Assembly (NCBI RefSeq): GCF_001194135.2
Contig: NC_068981.1
Location: 166,955,549-167,019,548, forward strand
Reading direction: 5' to 3'
Length of the DNA: 64,000 nucleotides
Origin: Octopus bimaculoides
Lineage: Eukaryota
The notes under the pieces: generated by a model
Told to the model about the DNA's origin: nothing
Database searches by the model: none
What the model saw: the letters and a program-made list of their open reading frames with translations, nothing else
Part shown: positions 44,041 to 57,785 of the stretch, in pieces
How positions within the stretch are numbered: position 1 is the stretch's first letter
How the letters are laid out: the number at the start of each line of letters is the position of its first letter
Made by a program: the position numbers and the translations under genes

Positions 44041-47000
44041 TTAGTACATCTGAATAATGAAGTATTGGATAGTGTGTACATATGAGTGTAATATCCAAAT
44101 GATTTTGAATATGGTGTAGTATCTAATATTCGAGTGTGTCAAAATATGGTGCAGTTGCCAATTTGTATTTTAAGGCGCTGAGAAAAAAAAATTCTAAATT
44201 CTCAATCCATGGTATAACAAGATTTCTGGCAATATGTGTAAAGTTTGGCAGATGCCTTGAAGGAAGTGCAGAGTTATGTGTCTTGTGCTCTGGTTGTGAG
44301 CAATTGCTGTGGATAAAGCAAGTATGACAACCTTCAAAAGACATGCTATGTAGACAATAACCCAAACAGGGTCATACAGAGAGGAAAGGATAAATGGTTG
44401 GCAGAAAGAATGCAGAAAGCATAGTTTGTTTCCCTTACTGAAAATGTTACAAGAATATGGCAAATGATCTAGTCAAGTAAGCTGCATGATGAGTTCCATA
44501 GCAGAAGGAAAGTAAAACAGTACAGTGTGAGCTGTTGCTAGACGCAACATCAAACAAATAATATTAGAATTATGACTTATAGTTGACACAGGTCTAGAAA
44601 CAATCACTGAAGGTATTGAATGTACACATGCTAGTGTGTTGCAACATCACTTAAGCAAAAAAAATATATATATATATAAATAAATAAAATAGAAATTGCA
44701 GGAAACATTGAATACCCTGGGAAAATGAAAAACATACAGGTAAAGAAAACCAACGAAAAGCGAAAAAACAATGTGTGAATGTATGATGGATGATGTGTAA
44801 ACAAAAGAAGAGAATAAGATACCATGAAAATGTGTATCTATCTGAATTGAATGCTAGCTGCATATGACTGCAAATTGTGAATGAGTCATTATACAAAAAG
44901 TGGACTGCAGGAATTTGCAAGTTTTATATACATGCTACTATGAGGTTAAGATGAAGTTTACAGGGTGAAAACTATTGTCAATATGAAATGCAAAAAACAG
45001 CTGTTGTTTTGCATTTGAAGTATGCAGGTGACAGTGAATAAAAAAATGTACAAAAAAGGAATGTGAGGACAAGTTAACATTTGTATTGGTGTATGTAGAG
45101 AAGAGTATTTATGTTCATGACAAAAGTAAAGCAGGTACAATGCAAAAACAAAGCAAAATCTTAAATTGCAAAACAAAATGACATGCAATGTAAACAAATG
45201 AAAGAAATGGGAATATTTGATGCTAGGCATAGCAGTTACAAAAGAGAACCAAGTATAAGCAGTAAAAAATATTGCAAGAAATAACAGTGTACTATCTGGG
45301 GTGGTTTTGTTGTTTCTTTTTTTGCTTGGTAAAATAAGTCTTTTTTTTTTACAATGAAAAATTTCATTTTAGTTAAAAGCACTTGCAGGTAAAAGTTTTA
45401 CAGGTAGTTTATAGAGTCAGTTGCTTTTTTTTCTTTTGTGTTTTCATCCTTTATCTTCTTTGTTATGCTTGCTTCATAACATCTAGCAAAAGGTTTCTGT
45501 GTGAAAGATATCAGGGGACATATTTTCCAGATACTGGATGTCATAAAACATTGGATGTCACAAACTTTGTGTTGTGTACTTACAGGGATGTAAAGCAACT
45601 GCACAACTGCTTTTCAGGGAAGGTTATCAGTTTAGACATTTTATATGTTGTCAGCAGCACATTTTTTCTACATCAAGATCATGTGTTGGAAACAGGGCTG
45701 CATAGTTTATTTCATGGGTGTCACCAACTTAACAAATCAAATGGAAGGAATGTTTGGAAAGTTGGATGAATGATTAGAATAGCGATTCATTTTTGATTCA
45801 TTACTTGTTTTATTATTAAAAACTTGTATTGGACGTGATGGTCCAAAGAAAACTGACAGAGTAATGTCAGAAAGTTCTATTTATAGTAGTAGTAGTAGTA
45901 GTAGTAGTAGTATGTGTGTTAAAAGAGAAGTAAAAATATTCCTGTGCATGTGACGAGTGTGCTAGTGTCAGGGTAAACAATTCCTTTTACAATTCAGCAT
46001 TTTGATAGTCACAATGGTGGAGACCCTGTCAAACACATGAATTTACCTGCCTTTACACTTCACTGCTCACAGTTCGAAAGATGTTTACGTTTGATTTTAT
46101 AGGCCAGATTGTAGCTGGTATCGTTACTCAATCTGCTCAAACTCTTGTTGTTTACAAAGAATTTATCTGATTGAAAACAACAGATCTGGTATTTGAACCA
46201 ACATATAGACCTGTTACATTACATTGCATCACAATACTATTTGATAATAATAGATACACTCTATTAATTTCCTACTCTTCATTTTTGCATGGCTTATGGT
46301 TCTAAGAAGTGTGATATAATCAATCTGACAATACACAGTTCTTAAATGTTATTTGCAAATAGTTTAAAATCTGTCAAAGCAGGAAAAGAATATGAACTGC
46401 TGAATGTACAGGTGTGATAAAGACTGAGCAATATAAATGACTGAAAGGATGGCATTTCTCTTGGATAGAGTTACTTACATATAAAGTTTCATTTTTCTCT
46501 AAGAAATTAGTATTTGAAATCAGTGTTTCAAATTGAGGAAACACTTTTCTCTTTAGATATAAAAAAATATCGACATTGATTTTGCATTTAGTAAAGTTTA
46601 CAAATATATAAAAAATTCAATAAAAGCATTTTATATCTATGTGATTTGCTAAAGAAACATATACATCCTGTAACCAGTTTTGGTATCTGTTGCAGACTCT
46701 TGATCATAAATGCTTTATTCTCTTCTTTGCCTATGTATTGTAATTTGGTGTTGTTTCGTGTTCAAAATAAAATTAAATTGATTGAATTTAATTAAATTGT
46801 ATCATACTTAATGGAAATTATGAGACATTACATTATTAGACAAATCAGCTTCTGCAATAAACTACTTAAAAAGTGCAGTGTATTTCTAGATATATCAATT
46901 GAGTAGATACATTTCAAACAAAAAGTTTATACTGCCTCTAAAATATTTTGAACTTCAGTCCTCACAAAAGCAAAAAACAGGTTTTATGAAAATGGATATC

Positions 47001-47159
47001 TATGCTGTAAGGCATCAAGCATGAATTACACCAGAAATTGCCTAATTTATCTGGAAAGATGCATTTGAAGACAGAAGGATTGCTAAAGTGCTATAAACCA
47101 GTGTTGAAGAGAGAACTGAGGACAATGAAGAATGTGCGGTGGCCCAGCATATCCTCTAT

Positions 47160-47444
47160 CAGTGGCAGACTGGGTCTAAAAATATCGGTTGCCAGGAGAC
47201 TAAGGGGGTCCACCCGCAACAACAATGCTATCATTTAATTTTTTTTTTTTTGTTAAAAGTATTCTTTTCAACTGTCTCCAAACACAGCCAGGCTGAAATA
47301 ATTAATGCATTCTTCCAAGAGTGAATAAAAGATTCTCAAACTTGAGGGGATGGTCTCCTTAAATACTAACATGGGCCCCCATATATGGATTCTAATGGTG
47401 CAGGGGCCCACTTGTTATTAGGAAAGCTGGCAACTCCACCACTG
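47160..47444. mobile_element. Possible hAT-type MITE
   Basis: CAGTGG...CCACTG termini with 8-bp flanks tcctctat/tcccccat (6/8 identical). Confidence 0.4.
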
Positions 47445-47559
47445 TCCCCCATATTAAACTTATCTTCAATAAAGAAAAATCCCAAACTATGTATAATTTG
47501 TTAAAATAAATAGTTGGTACTCACCAATTAACTTTCACTCCCCTTTGTTGCATCAAAGA

Positions 47560-49070
47560 GAGAGATTCATTTTGATCAGTGACACTGAACATATTCTGAA
47601 GCATTGAATAAAGTATTTCACACACTTTTTTATAACCCACCCACAATAGATGAAAATGTAGATTGTTATAGAAGACATTCTACAACACCGTGTATTGCAG
47701 AAAGAGGAAATGGATAGAAATTCTAACATACAGAATATCAGCTGAATAGAAATCCGAACATAGAGAATATCAAAATTACCATTAAACAGATCAACCCAAG
47801 AAAGACTCCAGAAATTGATGGTATACCAGCTGAAGTTATTAAGAATAGTTGGGTGTGTAATCGATGATCTTGTGACTTTATAAATTGTCAATGTATAGAA
47901 TGATTCACCAGTTCCACAAAATTTCAGAAATGCAATATTGATTTTATTGTTCAAGGGAAAGGTATCTAGTCATAAGCTATAGTAACTTTCATGGTATTTC
48001 CTGATTTGTAACTGGTGGGAAAATTTTTGCTTGATTTTTAATGAAGTTTGCAGACATAAGTGGCATCATTTCCCCCAGAGTCACAGTGGGAATTCATATC
48101 TAGTAGAGACATTACAGACATGAACTACAAAAGGAGACAGTTACAGAAGAATTGCATTGGAACTCTCTCTTTATTAAATTTTTGTTGAACAGAAATCGAG
48201 AGCAGAAATACACTGTGGAGAGTCCTGAAAAAGTTTTTTTTTGTGTGTGTAAGGTGAGGTACCTATGTCAGTTGATGGATTTGTCCAACTTCATACTGGT
48301 ATAAGGACCTACTTCATTGGTAAAAGTGTTCTGTCAGAACCAATCTTTGTGGACAATGGTACAAGTAAGGGGATATATGCATACCAACTTAATTTTCCAC
48401 ATGCTTTGTAGTTGTTGTTGCCAATGCATTTTTGGACCGATTTAGGTATCTTTGTATACTACCATAATTGAACAAGTAAGCTGTTAATCTGAATTATTTC
48501 AAACTTAAATCAGTGACCTTTGTAGCTTTAATTTCTGATTTGTTGTTTGCAGTTGACTGTGACCTAATGAGTCACTCAGAGTAAGATAATCAAAAAATAA
48601 TGAGCATCTTCTACAGTGTTTCTACTGCTTTAGGGCTTACAATAAACCTTAAGAAAACTAAGGAAAGACTTATACCTGCTTAAGGTGAGCTGTATGGAGA
48701 ACCAAATATACTTGTTCAAGGGACCAGATTTTTTTCTGTTCTTTGGAAGCTCTGTCTCAAGACATTTTTTGTGCATCTCAGCAGCTCTGTCTCTAAAGAT
48801 AGATTCCTAGATTATCAGATCGACTTGAAGATTAAAGTTTCCACTAGTTTTTGAATCCATGGTGCTTGCATTATCACATTCCTGCTATATTCATCTGCAA
48901 CATGGATCTCATGTTAAAGTCCTTGGAAGTTTCCACCAGAAGTGTTTAAGGCATATAAACATCAGTTGGAAATCTTTACAACTAACACTGAAGTGCTGGA
49001 AAGGGTGAGCTGTCTTAGTATGTCGCATATCCAGAGACCAGCATAAAATGTTTATGTACACACAGTTCTA
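47560..49070 (+). mobile_element. Decayed RTE-clade LINE RT region
   Basis: IKITIKQINPRKTPEIDGIPAEVIK, PQNFRNAILILLFKGK, NFHGISL, PESQ.EF and TNTEVLER motifs in broken frames. Confidence 0.7.
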
Positions 49071-49477
49071 TTAGATCTACCTGAGCACTGCTGTCACTTA
49101 TGTTCAAAGGTGTGCTCATTTACTGCTGAGTCTAAAGTCTATTTAGGGTGAATGCATTAGTGTGGAGCTGCTGTTGATAAAGTTCTTGATAAAGTTCTCC
49201 AGGCTACATTTGTCATAGAAAATTTAAAACAGTTGGGACTATGTATTTATTTAGGGCTGATATCAGAAAAGCTAATATATCTGATATAAACTAATGACTG
49301 CAATTAAAAAGTGGTTAGACTTGAAGGTAAGTTGATAGCCATTATTGTAAGAGTAAAATTGATGTACATTTCATATGCTAGTAAATACAGTAATTCAAAA
49401 CTCTAGATTGAACTATCAAGAATGAATGTTTTACATCTTGTATTTACATTCAGACATTGTAGAGAAAGATCTCATTA

Positions 49478-49640
49478 ATATTGGTTTTAAATTTTGGCAC
49501 AAGACCAGCAATTCTGATGAGTGAGTAAGTTTATTACATTGGCCCCAGTGCACAATTGGTACTTATTTTATCGATTCCAAAAGTATGAAAGGCAAAGTCA
49601 ACCTCAGTGGAATCTGAATTCAGAACATAAAGATGGACAC
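49478..49640 (+). mobile_element. SINE family B
   Basis: Family B core. Confidence 0.7.
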
Positions 49641-51169
49641 ATTCTCATTACACATATTTTTAAGTGTTAACAACTTAAAAAGTAATTTCACAGCAGGATG
49701 ATTTATTATATAGGCTACATATTAAATCCTGACTTCATTGTTAAACAGATGTTTGTGCTAACGTAGAATTCACTCTCCTTATTACATATCACTTTCAACT
49801 GGATGTTAGTAACAAGAACTATAATGTACTTATTGTTACTCTGACTGTAACTCCTCTTTCTCCATTCTTCTAAGTTCATCTACTGTCCATACTTTAATAT
49901 TAATCAGCACTAGTTTGGCTAATTTCTTGTGCCTCAACAAGTCAGTTATTTTAGTATCTTTAGTCACTTCTGATCTAAGACAGCTAAGAAGATGAGGAAA
50001 CCATTCACATAAATGTCTCCCCATATCATGCAAATGCAGTCCAGGCCCAATAATCCACATGACTTGTATATAATTGCACAACAGTTGCACTAGCGGAGAA
50101 CACTGTCCTCAACAAAAGGTGGAAACTACCCACATCACCACCTGACTGACACCTGCCCATTGTTGCAATGCATGCACAACATCCACTGAAAGAGTAAAAA
50201 ATTCTTTTTACTTCCCACAACCTGCAAACTTTCTTATATCCCAAATTACAACTGATCAGTGTAGTCCCTTGCCAAGAAAGTCTCTACAAACATGGCAATT
50301 TTCAACCAAAATGTCCCTGTAAGCATTATACCTGCAGTTTTGTTTTCAACTCCATACTACGTAAGCACAGAAATACTTCTTCCAAATTCTTCTTAACTCC
50401 TGACTGTCCCATTATTGTATGTGCCTGTTTGCTATATGCATAAGCTTCTGCAGTCACAATCCAATAAGGGAGCATCTATGCAGTTGTTTGACCAAGTAGA
50501 GATATCAGCCAAATCTCACTCAAACCACACCCAAGAAAAAGAACCCATTAGATAATGTGGCCTTCAGTATACTGAACTTGAAAAAGAAAAAGAAAAAGAT
50601 GAATGGTCAAGACAGGAATGACTTTCATCATAGGTCAGCAACAAATTCTGTGGTCACTTTATATCTTAAAATTAACTGCTGTAATACTCTCTGCATCAAA
50701 ATCAATGTTGTACTCATGAGCTGGCTACCATTTGTACCAAACTTTCTGTCTTTTTCTTTCAAGGAAGTGTAACCCACCAATAAGAAGAATGACACCTCTG
50801 ACCCTGCCTACTACTTGTTGGTTTCTTTCATTGTCAATATCTCAAAAAAAAAAAAAAAAAAAAAATGTTGTATGCAACAGAAGCAATATTTCATTAAAAT
50901 AGCTATCTGTGTATCATCACAGATGGTTATTTTAATGCAATTCTACATCTGTTGCATGTAACAGTTTTCTATTCTGCTAGGTAGCTGTTCACAACACAAG
51001 TGACTCGTTATTTGCTGTTTTCCCATATTGATGGCAGCAAATTTCATTTAAGCATGTTATTAAGCATGCTGTTGACAACTCTTACTAAGACAGAAATGTG
51101 CATCTAGCATTCTCACCAGTTGCTACCACCTGATTTTTATCTGCTTCTCATATATATATATCTCTTCTA

Positions 51170-51485
51170 GCACTCCATCGGATATGATGACAAGGGTTTC
51201 AGTGATCCAATCAATGAAACAGCCTGCTCATTAAATTAACGTGCAAGTGGCTGAGCACTCCACAGACATGTATATCCTTAATGTAGTTCTCAGGGAGATT
51301 CAGTGTGACAAGGCTGGCCCTTTGAAATACAGGTACTACTCATTTTTTCATTTTTGCCAACTGAATGGACTGGAGCAACATGAAATAAAGTGTCTTGCTC
51401 AAGGACACAATGCGTCACTGAGAATAGAACACATGACCTTATGATCATGAGGCGAATACTCTAACCACTAAGCTGTGTGCCTTCA
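51170..51485 (+). mobile_element. SINE-like repeat (family E), related copy at about 23440-23560
   Basis: Shared gtgg.tgag.a.tccacagac...ccttaa..ta...ct.agg.aga.tcagtgtg...tgacaagg.tggc.ctttgaa. Confidence 0.6.
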
Positions 51486-52214
51486 CTGCTTCTGATATAT
51501 ATTTTGTTTTTAACCACAGTACATCCATAAGAGATATCTCTGGATGAATACTGCTGTAAATTTGCCTTTTCTGATGTATTTTATATTAAGTATGATACAC
51601 AGATGGCTATTAAAATTAAAATATTTGCAAATAGCCATTTATTTTACCACTTTGAGATTTCTTTCCTTCTATCAGTACAACTCTTGTTTTGACAAATCTA
51701 CTACATACCTGCCTTTCTATATCACACACATGTGGTTTCTCATAATTTTGAACTTTGGTGAAAGAGATATTATTGCACCTAATATCTGCAAAATGTTTGA
51801 CAGCATCTAGTATGAGAACTTCTTAGCCCGGCTAAATTTCCTACCCAAAACATTCTTGCTAGACTGTTTCAATGTAGCATGTATCAACTAGTCAACATCC
51901 TATCAACTCTGATGCACCAAACATTTTACTTATACCTCATGCATTCTTCATCCTCTACATTTTTTGACTTGCTGGTTAATTCTAACCAAATACTTCAATA
52001 CAAATGATATCTTCTTCCACTGTTCTGCAAACAGACATGCAACATACACACTCCATATAAATTTTCACTACTTTGGACATGTCTGGTGATAAATTTAAGA
52101 TAATCTTATTTCTACCAACAATCCACGACACAAAAATGACATGCATAAAGGAATCATTCAATCACTAGTCATGAACAGTCATCATCGTCACTATCAGCCA
52201 GTTAGGTAACTTGC

Positions 52215-52600
52215 TTGAACCAATGCAACTCTTCCATGCGAGATGTCATGATTTTGCATTGCAGTCTTCATATCCTCAGTCTAATATCTAGTGTTTTCCA
52301 CAAGTTGATCGATATATGCTCTTCTTGGTCTGATGATACCTATATGTCCATGCATGGTTTTCCAGATGATATCACTGGATATTTCATCCTTGCTTCTCCA
52401 GCAGTGTGATGAACTATTCACTACTAAAACCTTTACATTCCCTGGAAATGTTTTGGCTTACAACATCTGATGACCTTTCATGGTAGGTTCACATTTATAA
52501 CAAAGCCAAAATTGCTTTCCAAAGATTAGACTCTTTCTCAGAGTCTGAAAGTACTCTAAATACTGTTCCCTTTAATTCTTGCTGTGGGAGTTGCAGAAAT
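52215..52600 (-). mobile_element. Decayed RTE-type LINE 3' coding end
   Basis: HCWRSKDEISSDIIW..HG....RPRRAYIDQL..T...EDMKTAMQNHD, like the RTE-X C-terminal HC.RS..E..S..+.W.P.HG....GRP...YIDQL. Confidence 0.6.
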
Positions 52601-53699
52601 TTGATTGTGTGCAAGTTTTGTCTTTTTATGCAAAATATGTGCCCATTTACACAAGCAAACACCTACAATTAAATATAAAATCTAATTCCATCTCGAAAAC
52701 CTTGTGTGCACACATTTTTTCCTTTGTACATGAATTGTAAAACGTATGTGTGTATACAAAAGAATGCAGTTCAGAAGGAACATTGTCCCTGAACTGCTTA
52801 TTCTCTACAAGGCTCAAGAGCACCCTACCATTGGAGTTGTGTTTACATATTTGGATGGATGCAATTGTTGCCTGCACAAACATTTTATAATGCATCCAAT
52901 TAAAAAACAAGGCTGACTAATTAATCTTCATTTAGCAACATGTATTATTACAACAACAATTTCTGTTCCTCCAAAATATCAAGTTGCCTACCAAAGTAAA
53001 TTCAGTCAACCCATCACTCATCATTTCCACTGTATCTCAGTTTCCAAACTTGATATTAAACACTTACTCTAGTACTTTCTCAGAAATACGACCATCTAGA
53101 ATTCTCACTCCCAATCCATTGCCTCCTTAGAGACATCAGTTTAGAATCAATTGCATCAACCTCACTTGTATTTGAGGACAAGTAAATGCTTTGAACACTG
53201 ACTCTTCACATTGGTTAAGACAAAATCACATATACTTTGATCCTAGTTTTAAAATATTTTGAAAGCAATTCTGTATGATGTTTTTAGTTTGTTTTTAAAA
53301 TTTTACATCATAAAACTGTAGAGGAAATTAAAGCAAGGTTGGCTAAGCAAAGGACACTTTTCATAGTCTTTTACTTTGAATGAACCTTTCTATAGTTTCT
53401 TTAAAATATTTTGTTGTTAAATTTACATAAACTAGGTATGATTCCTATTAAAGTATGAGTGGAACAAAATATCAAAAAGAAATTCTGTCTCAAACAAGTA
53501 ATTTTCAATTTTCTAATTCAAAGTATGAAACAGATACCAAACAAATCCTTGCGCACATAGCTGCTTATAAAAAAACAACATACTTTTGAATCAAAACACT
53601 AACAAGACTACTGTTATATTAAATTACAATGAAAATTATTACTACTTTTTAAGACCATTTTTCTCTTATTAAGATCTTTTTCACCGCATCTCTATCTAA

Positions 53700-56600
53700 A
53701 GCAATTGTTTAATTGGAAAATACTAATCCCGTACAAAACAGAGCCATGTAGTTGACGACAACAATCGGTAGATTCTTATCAAATTGCACACTAACTACAT
53801 TCATATGTTCGTATTGTTTTAGTTTATTGTAATTATTTTCTCTTTTTATAAAGTATATACATATCAACTCGTAAAGATTGTACTAACCTACTATGTCTAA
53901 CGGAAAGTAGAAACTATATTATTATTCTAAAACATTCGGTGAGTGTTTTTTTGTCCTTAAGGGAGGTAATATTTATTTGTTATTTTTACTAAGGAGTTAT
54001 TTCTCTTGCAGCTATGGCAGTCTCCTTCCGACGAAATAAAATTGTTGAAAAACTATTCGATGGAAAATAGAAGATCCACTTAGCGATAAACTGTTAATAA
54101 ATAGTTTATTTTAGTAATAAATACTCAGAGGAAAATAACAATAATATATCTCACGAAGTATTTCCATTACGAATCGATATTATTAAAAGTTGGGAAGATT
54201 TCGTAGTTCAGTGTCAATTCCTGAATTTAGATACAACCAAGCAGAACAGCTCCTTGTTCAGGAAAGTCAATATGGCTTCTACCAGCACCGTTGAAGGTAA
54301 GCATTTCAACTTTAATTCTTTTTCTCTTTCGTAAATTCTTGTTTTCCTTACATATAGTACATAAAAACTAGTTTATTTTATTTCATTTATTATTATTACA
54401 TATGTTTCCAAAGCTGGCATATAACTCTCTTATTGTTGTCGTATTGTTTGTAGGCGCCATTTTCTCTATTATTTCAACTTGTATATTTCTCTCTTATCAT
54501 CATCATCTTCCCCTTTACCGTATTGAAAATTACATTTTATTTACCAGTTTTTAGTTTTAATTCTTTCTATATAGTAAATACTTAATAAAACAGACGTAAT
54601 TTTTTTCTGTTTTCACCCTCACAATCTTTTAAACATGGCTTTTACTCAGTACAAGCTCTTCAGGAACATTTTCTCCGAAAGGAACGTTTAAAAAATTCCT
54701 AATTGACAAAAGGGTAATCGTGTCTGTTACCCATTTCTTTTTAAACTACGTACTTAGCTCTTTATGATGTTTGTTTATTGAGTGACTAACACTAGTTCAA
54801 TGTTTCACATGTTGCATTTAACAAAACACTATGCTCCGAGGTTTTACAATTTTTTTTTTTAACCTAATTGCTCATTATTGATTTTCGTATGACCAGTCTT
54901 CTAGTACATCTGTCATTTACAGAAGGCGACATTTCACCGTCGACAGTCCATCCTTAATTATTTTCCTCATCTAGAAGACTTTCCGAACGTTGTTCTTCCT
55001 ATGCAGTATTGTGGGTGACGATATTATGGGAAAAAATTGTAATTTCAATCTATTTGGTCGTTGTTATTTTCCCTCGTTTCTCTGTATCTTGTATGTAAAT
55101 CAATGACCAACGTTCATGTATTCTTTTTTTTTTCCACCCCTCATTAATAGAAAATTGAGATATTTTAATATTCTCTGACTTAAACATCGGCAGTCCTTTT
55201 TTTTGCCCGGGAGAAGAGATACATGTCAAATTTCCTTGTTTTATTTGTTTAGTATCCTGAAACCCATTGTTACATACCTTTGTTACTATGTTTTTATTAA
55301 ACTCTATCCATCCATCCATCTATCTATACTCTTAGTTGTTCCTAATAGTTGTCAGTGATATAATGGTTTTAGTACCCTTTTCTTTTAGGATTACTTTACC
55401 AAGACATTTCTCTGAATTCTATTGTTTTTATCTATTTTCATGCAACAACTCATTCTCTCTCTCACACACAAGCTTTTTGGGAAATATCTACTCCGCTCCA
55501 AATGGCCTCGGCTGCCTTGATAAAACAACGTTGCTGAAAACATTAACATTTCTGTTGTCTGCCTACAAATCATCTCTTTCACAACAGTCACTGTTTTCTA
55601 GAATGTTTCAGCTTGGGTCCACTTACTTAGGGAACTTAATATTTTTACTTCACTCTCAGGAATGCATTAAACACACTAGCCTGGAAATTTCTGAAATAGG
55701 GGGGAAAACAGCAGAAAAATAAAAGCAAACCACACACAAAACAAAGTATTACTCACACACACGCACATCTCTGTGTGTGTGTGTGTGTTTGACTTTTTAT
55801 TCGTAACAGTGAAATGATCAGAATAAAATTTGTGCAAATTCGGAAATTGATAATGGCTCACATGATTTAGATAGGTTGTCAATACAAAATATTAATCTAA
55901 CTTGGTCTTAGCTTCACAAATTTAAAAGTGTAACTCCGAAGAGAACTGGAAATGTAAAACATTTAAATATTTTCAATATTCTCCTATAGCCTTGAAATAA
56001 CTTTCAAGTATTTTAGAAACAATTCTTAAGAACGGCTAATTCAGTGTAGTGTTTGTGTGTTTATACACATACGTATCTCCGTACACAAACACTTCCTTCT
56101 TTGTAAAATAATTTTAGTATCTTTTTAAAGTACGTAAGAATTTTTTTAAATGCGATTATCATTTCTATATTACCTACTTTGATTTTAGTTTTCGTTCTGT
56201 ATTTTAATTTTTGTATTGACATTTGCGTATTTTTCTAGTAATTTCGAAATAACAAGCTTTCTCAGAATTTCGATACACCGAATATTTAACCACCTTGAAA
56301 TTATTAAAAAAAATAAGTATTTAAAAAAAATTCTGTCTGTTTCCAAATGGAGGATGTCTTGTTTATAAACATCGCTTAGTGACCTTCATTTATTTCCCAG
56401 TTCATCATTGTCTAATGATTTGATTAAATAAATGTTCTCTAGATCATTCGCTGTATTTCATTTATATTAAAAAGAGAAGAAAAAGAACGAATTGTGAATA
56501 AACGGCTAAACAAAATTGCTGTTTCAAATAGGAATGCTTTTCTCCAGTTCAAAATTTGGTTCGTTTAAGTGATTATTCTGCTTTTTATTACATATTTTCG

Positions 56601-57300
56601 ATTATTGAAATTTACTGATAAAAAGAAAAAGACAAAACACGTCAGAGAATTATAGTCTCCGTTGTAAAATTTCTGTTTGAGGTTCAACTCTTATACGTAG
56701 TTATCGTTTAGTTATTCCTTCTCGTGATATTTTAAATCACTTATTTTGTAAACTAACTTGTTTCTGTTTTTTTTTTAATTTTTATTTATATACAATTAAC
56801 CTTGGGAGAGGCATTATGCTGGTAATAAACACACGCACTGGTTCAGTCCTTTATTAATTTATTTATATATTTATCCTTCTAATTAACGGGAAGTGTCGTT
56901 AGAGTTCTTTACTTGCCTGGAACAAGTCAATTCTTACGTTACTTAACTTTAAAATACAGTATTACTTAATGGCTTATATATTAATTTTCATTGTTCAATT
57001 ATATCTCAATTCATTGGAGATTTCTTCACCCTCACTGACCCTCAAAGTTTTGTTTACGTCTTTTATAAATAAGTAGCATTCTTTGTAGTTTCACCTTGGA
57101 TAAAGTCTTATTTCAGAATTAGAAACCACTTTCAGTTGTTATATTAGTGCTAACAAAAAGGTTACAAAATGACTTGCTTTGTAGTTGCAAAAAGTAACAA
57201 TACGTTTGTCAACATTAGATTACAACATCCGAAGTTGGTTTACATCAAATGGCTAGGCTCTCGTGACAGTGTTTCAAACTTCAGTAGTGGAACGATAGGT
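53700..57300. promoter_or_regulatory. CpG-retaining promoter / first-exon region
   Basis: Manual count: 9 CpG in 54001-54300 versus 2 CpG in 15001-16000 (TRAPPC8 intron). Few TEs. Limits are approximate. Confidence 0.6.
54272..54296 (+). CDS. Probable first coding segment (MASTSTVE, phase 1) of an unidentified gene; exon predicted at 54012-54296
   Basis: AATATGG start context and strong donor AAG|GTAAGC at 54297. Upstream 73-nt intron 53939-54011 (CG|GTGAGT, TACTAAG branch 53987-53993, ttctcttgCAG). No downstream exon recognised. Confidence 0.45.
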
Positions 57301-57569
57301 TGTAGTGATCACTTATGATTTAGCCAAAAGTGTCTTGGATCTATGTACTGTGTTCTGGCTCTGTTGCTGAAGCAACAGAATAATTTGTACTTAAATTGTT
57401 TCTGTCTGAATTACAAACATGTCATTTCGTAATTTTAGCTGATCTACTTGTTTATTGATACTACCATCTTCTAAGTTCATTTCATTCATTTTCTGAACCA
57501 ATGCTTCATTAAATCAAAAGTTCATTTCTCCAGATAACCTTGAAAGGATTCAGTTTGTAGAGATATATT

Positions 57570-57785
57570 GATTTCAAATTTTGGCACGAGGCCAGCAATT
57601 TCGAGGAAGGGGATAAGTTGAGTACATTGACCCCAGTATTCAGTTGGTATATATTTTATTGACCTCAAAAGGATGAAAGGCAAAACCGACCTTGCTAGAA
57701 TTTGAACTCAGAATATAAAGACAGACGAAATGGTGCTAAGCATTTTGCTCAGCATGCTAACGATTCTGCTAGTTTGCTGCCTTAT
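57570..57785 (+). mobile_element. SINE family B
   Basis: Family B core. Confidence 0.75.
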
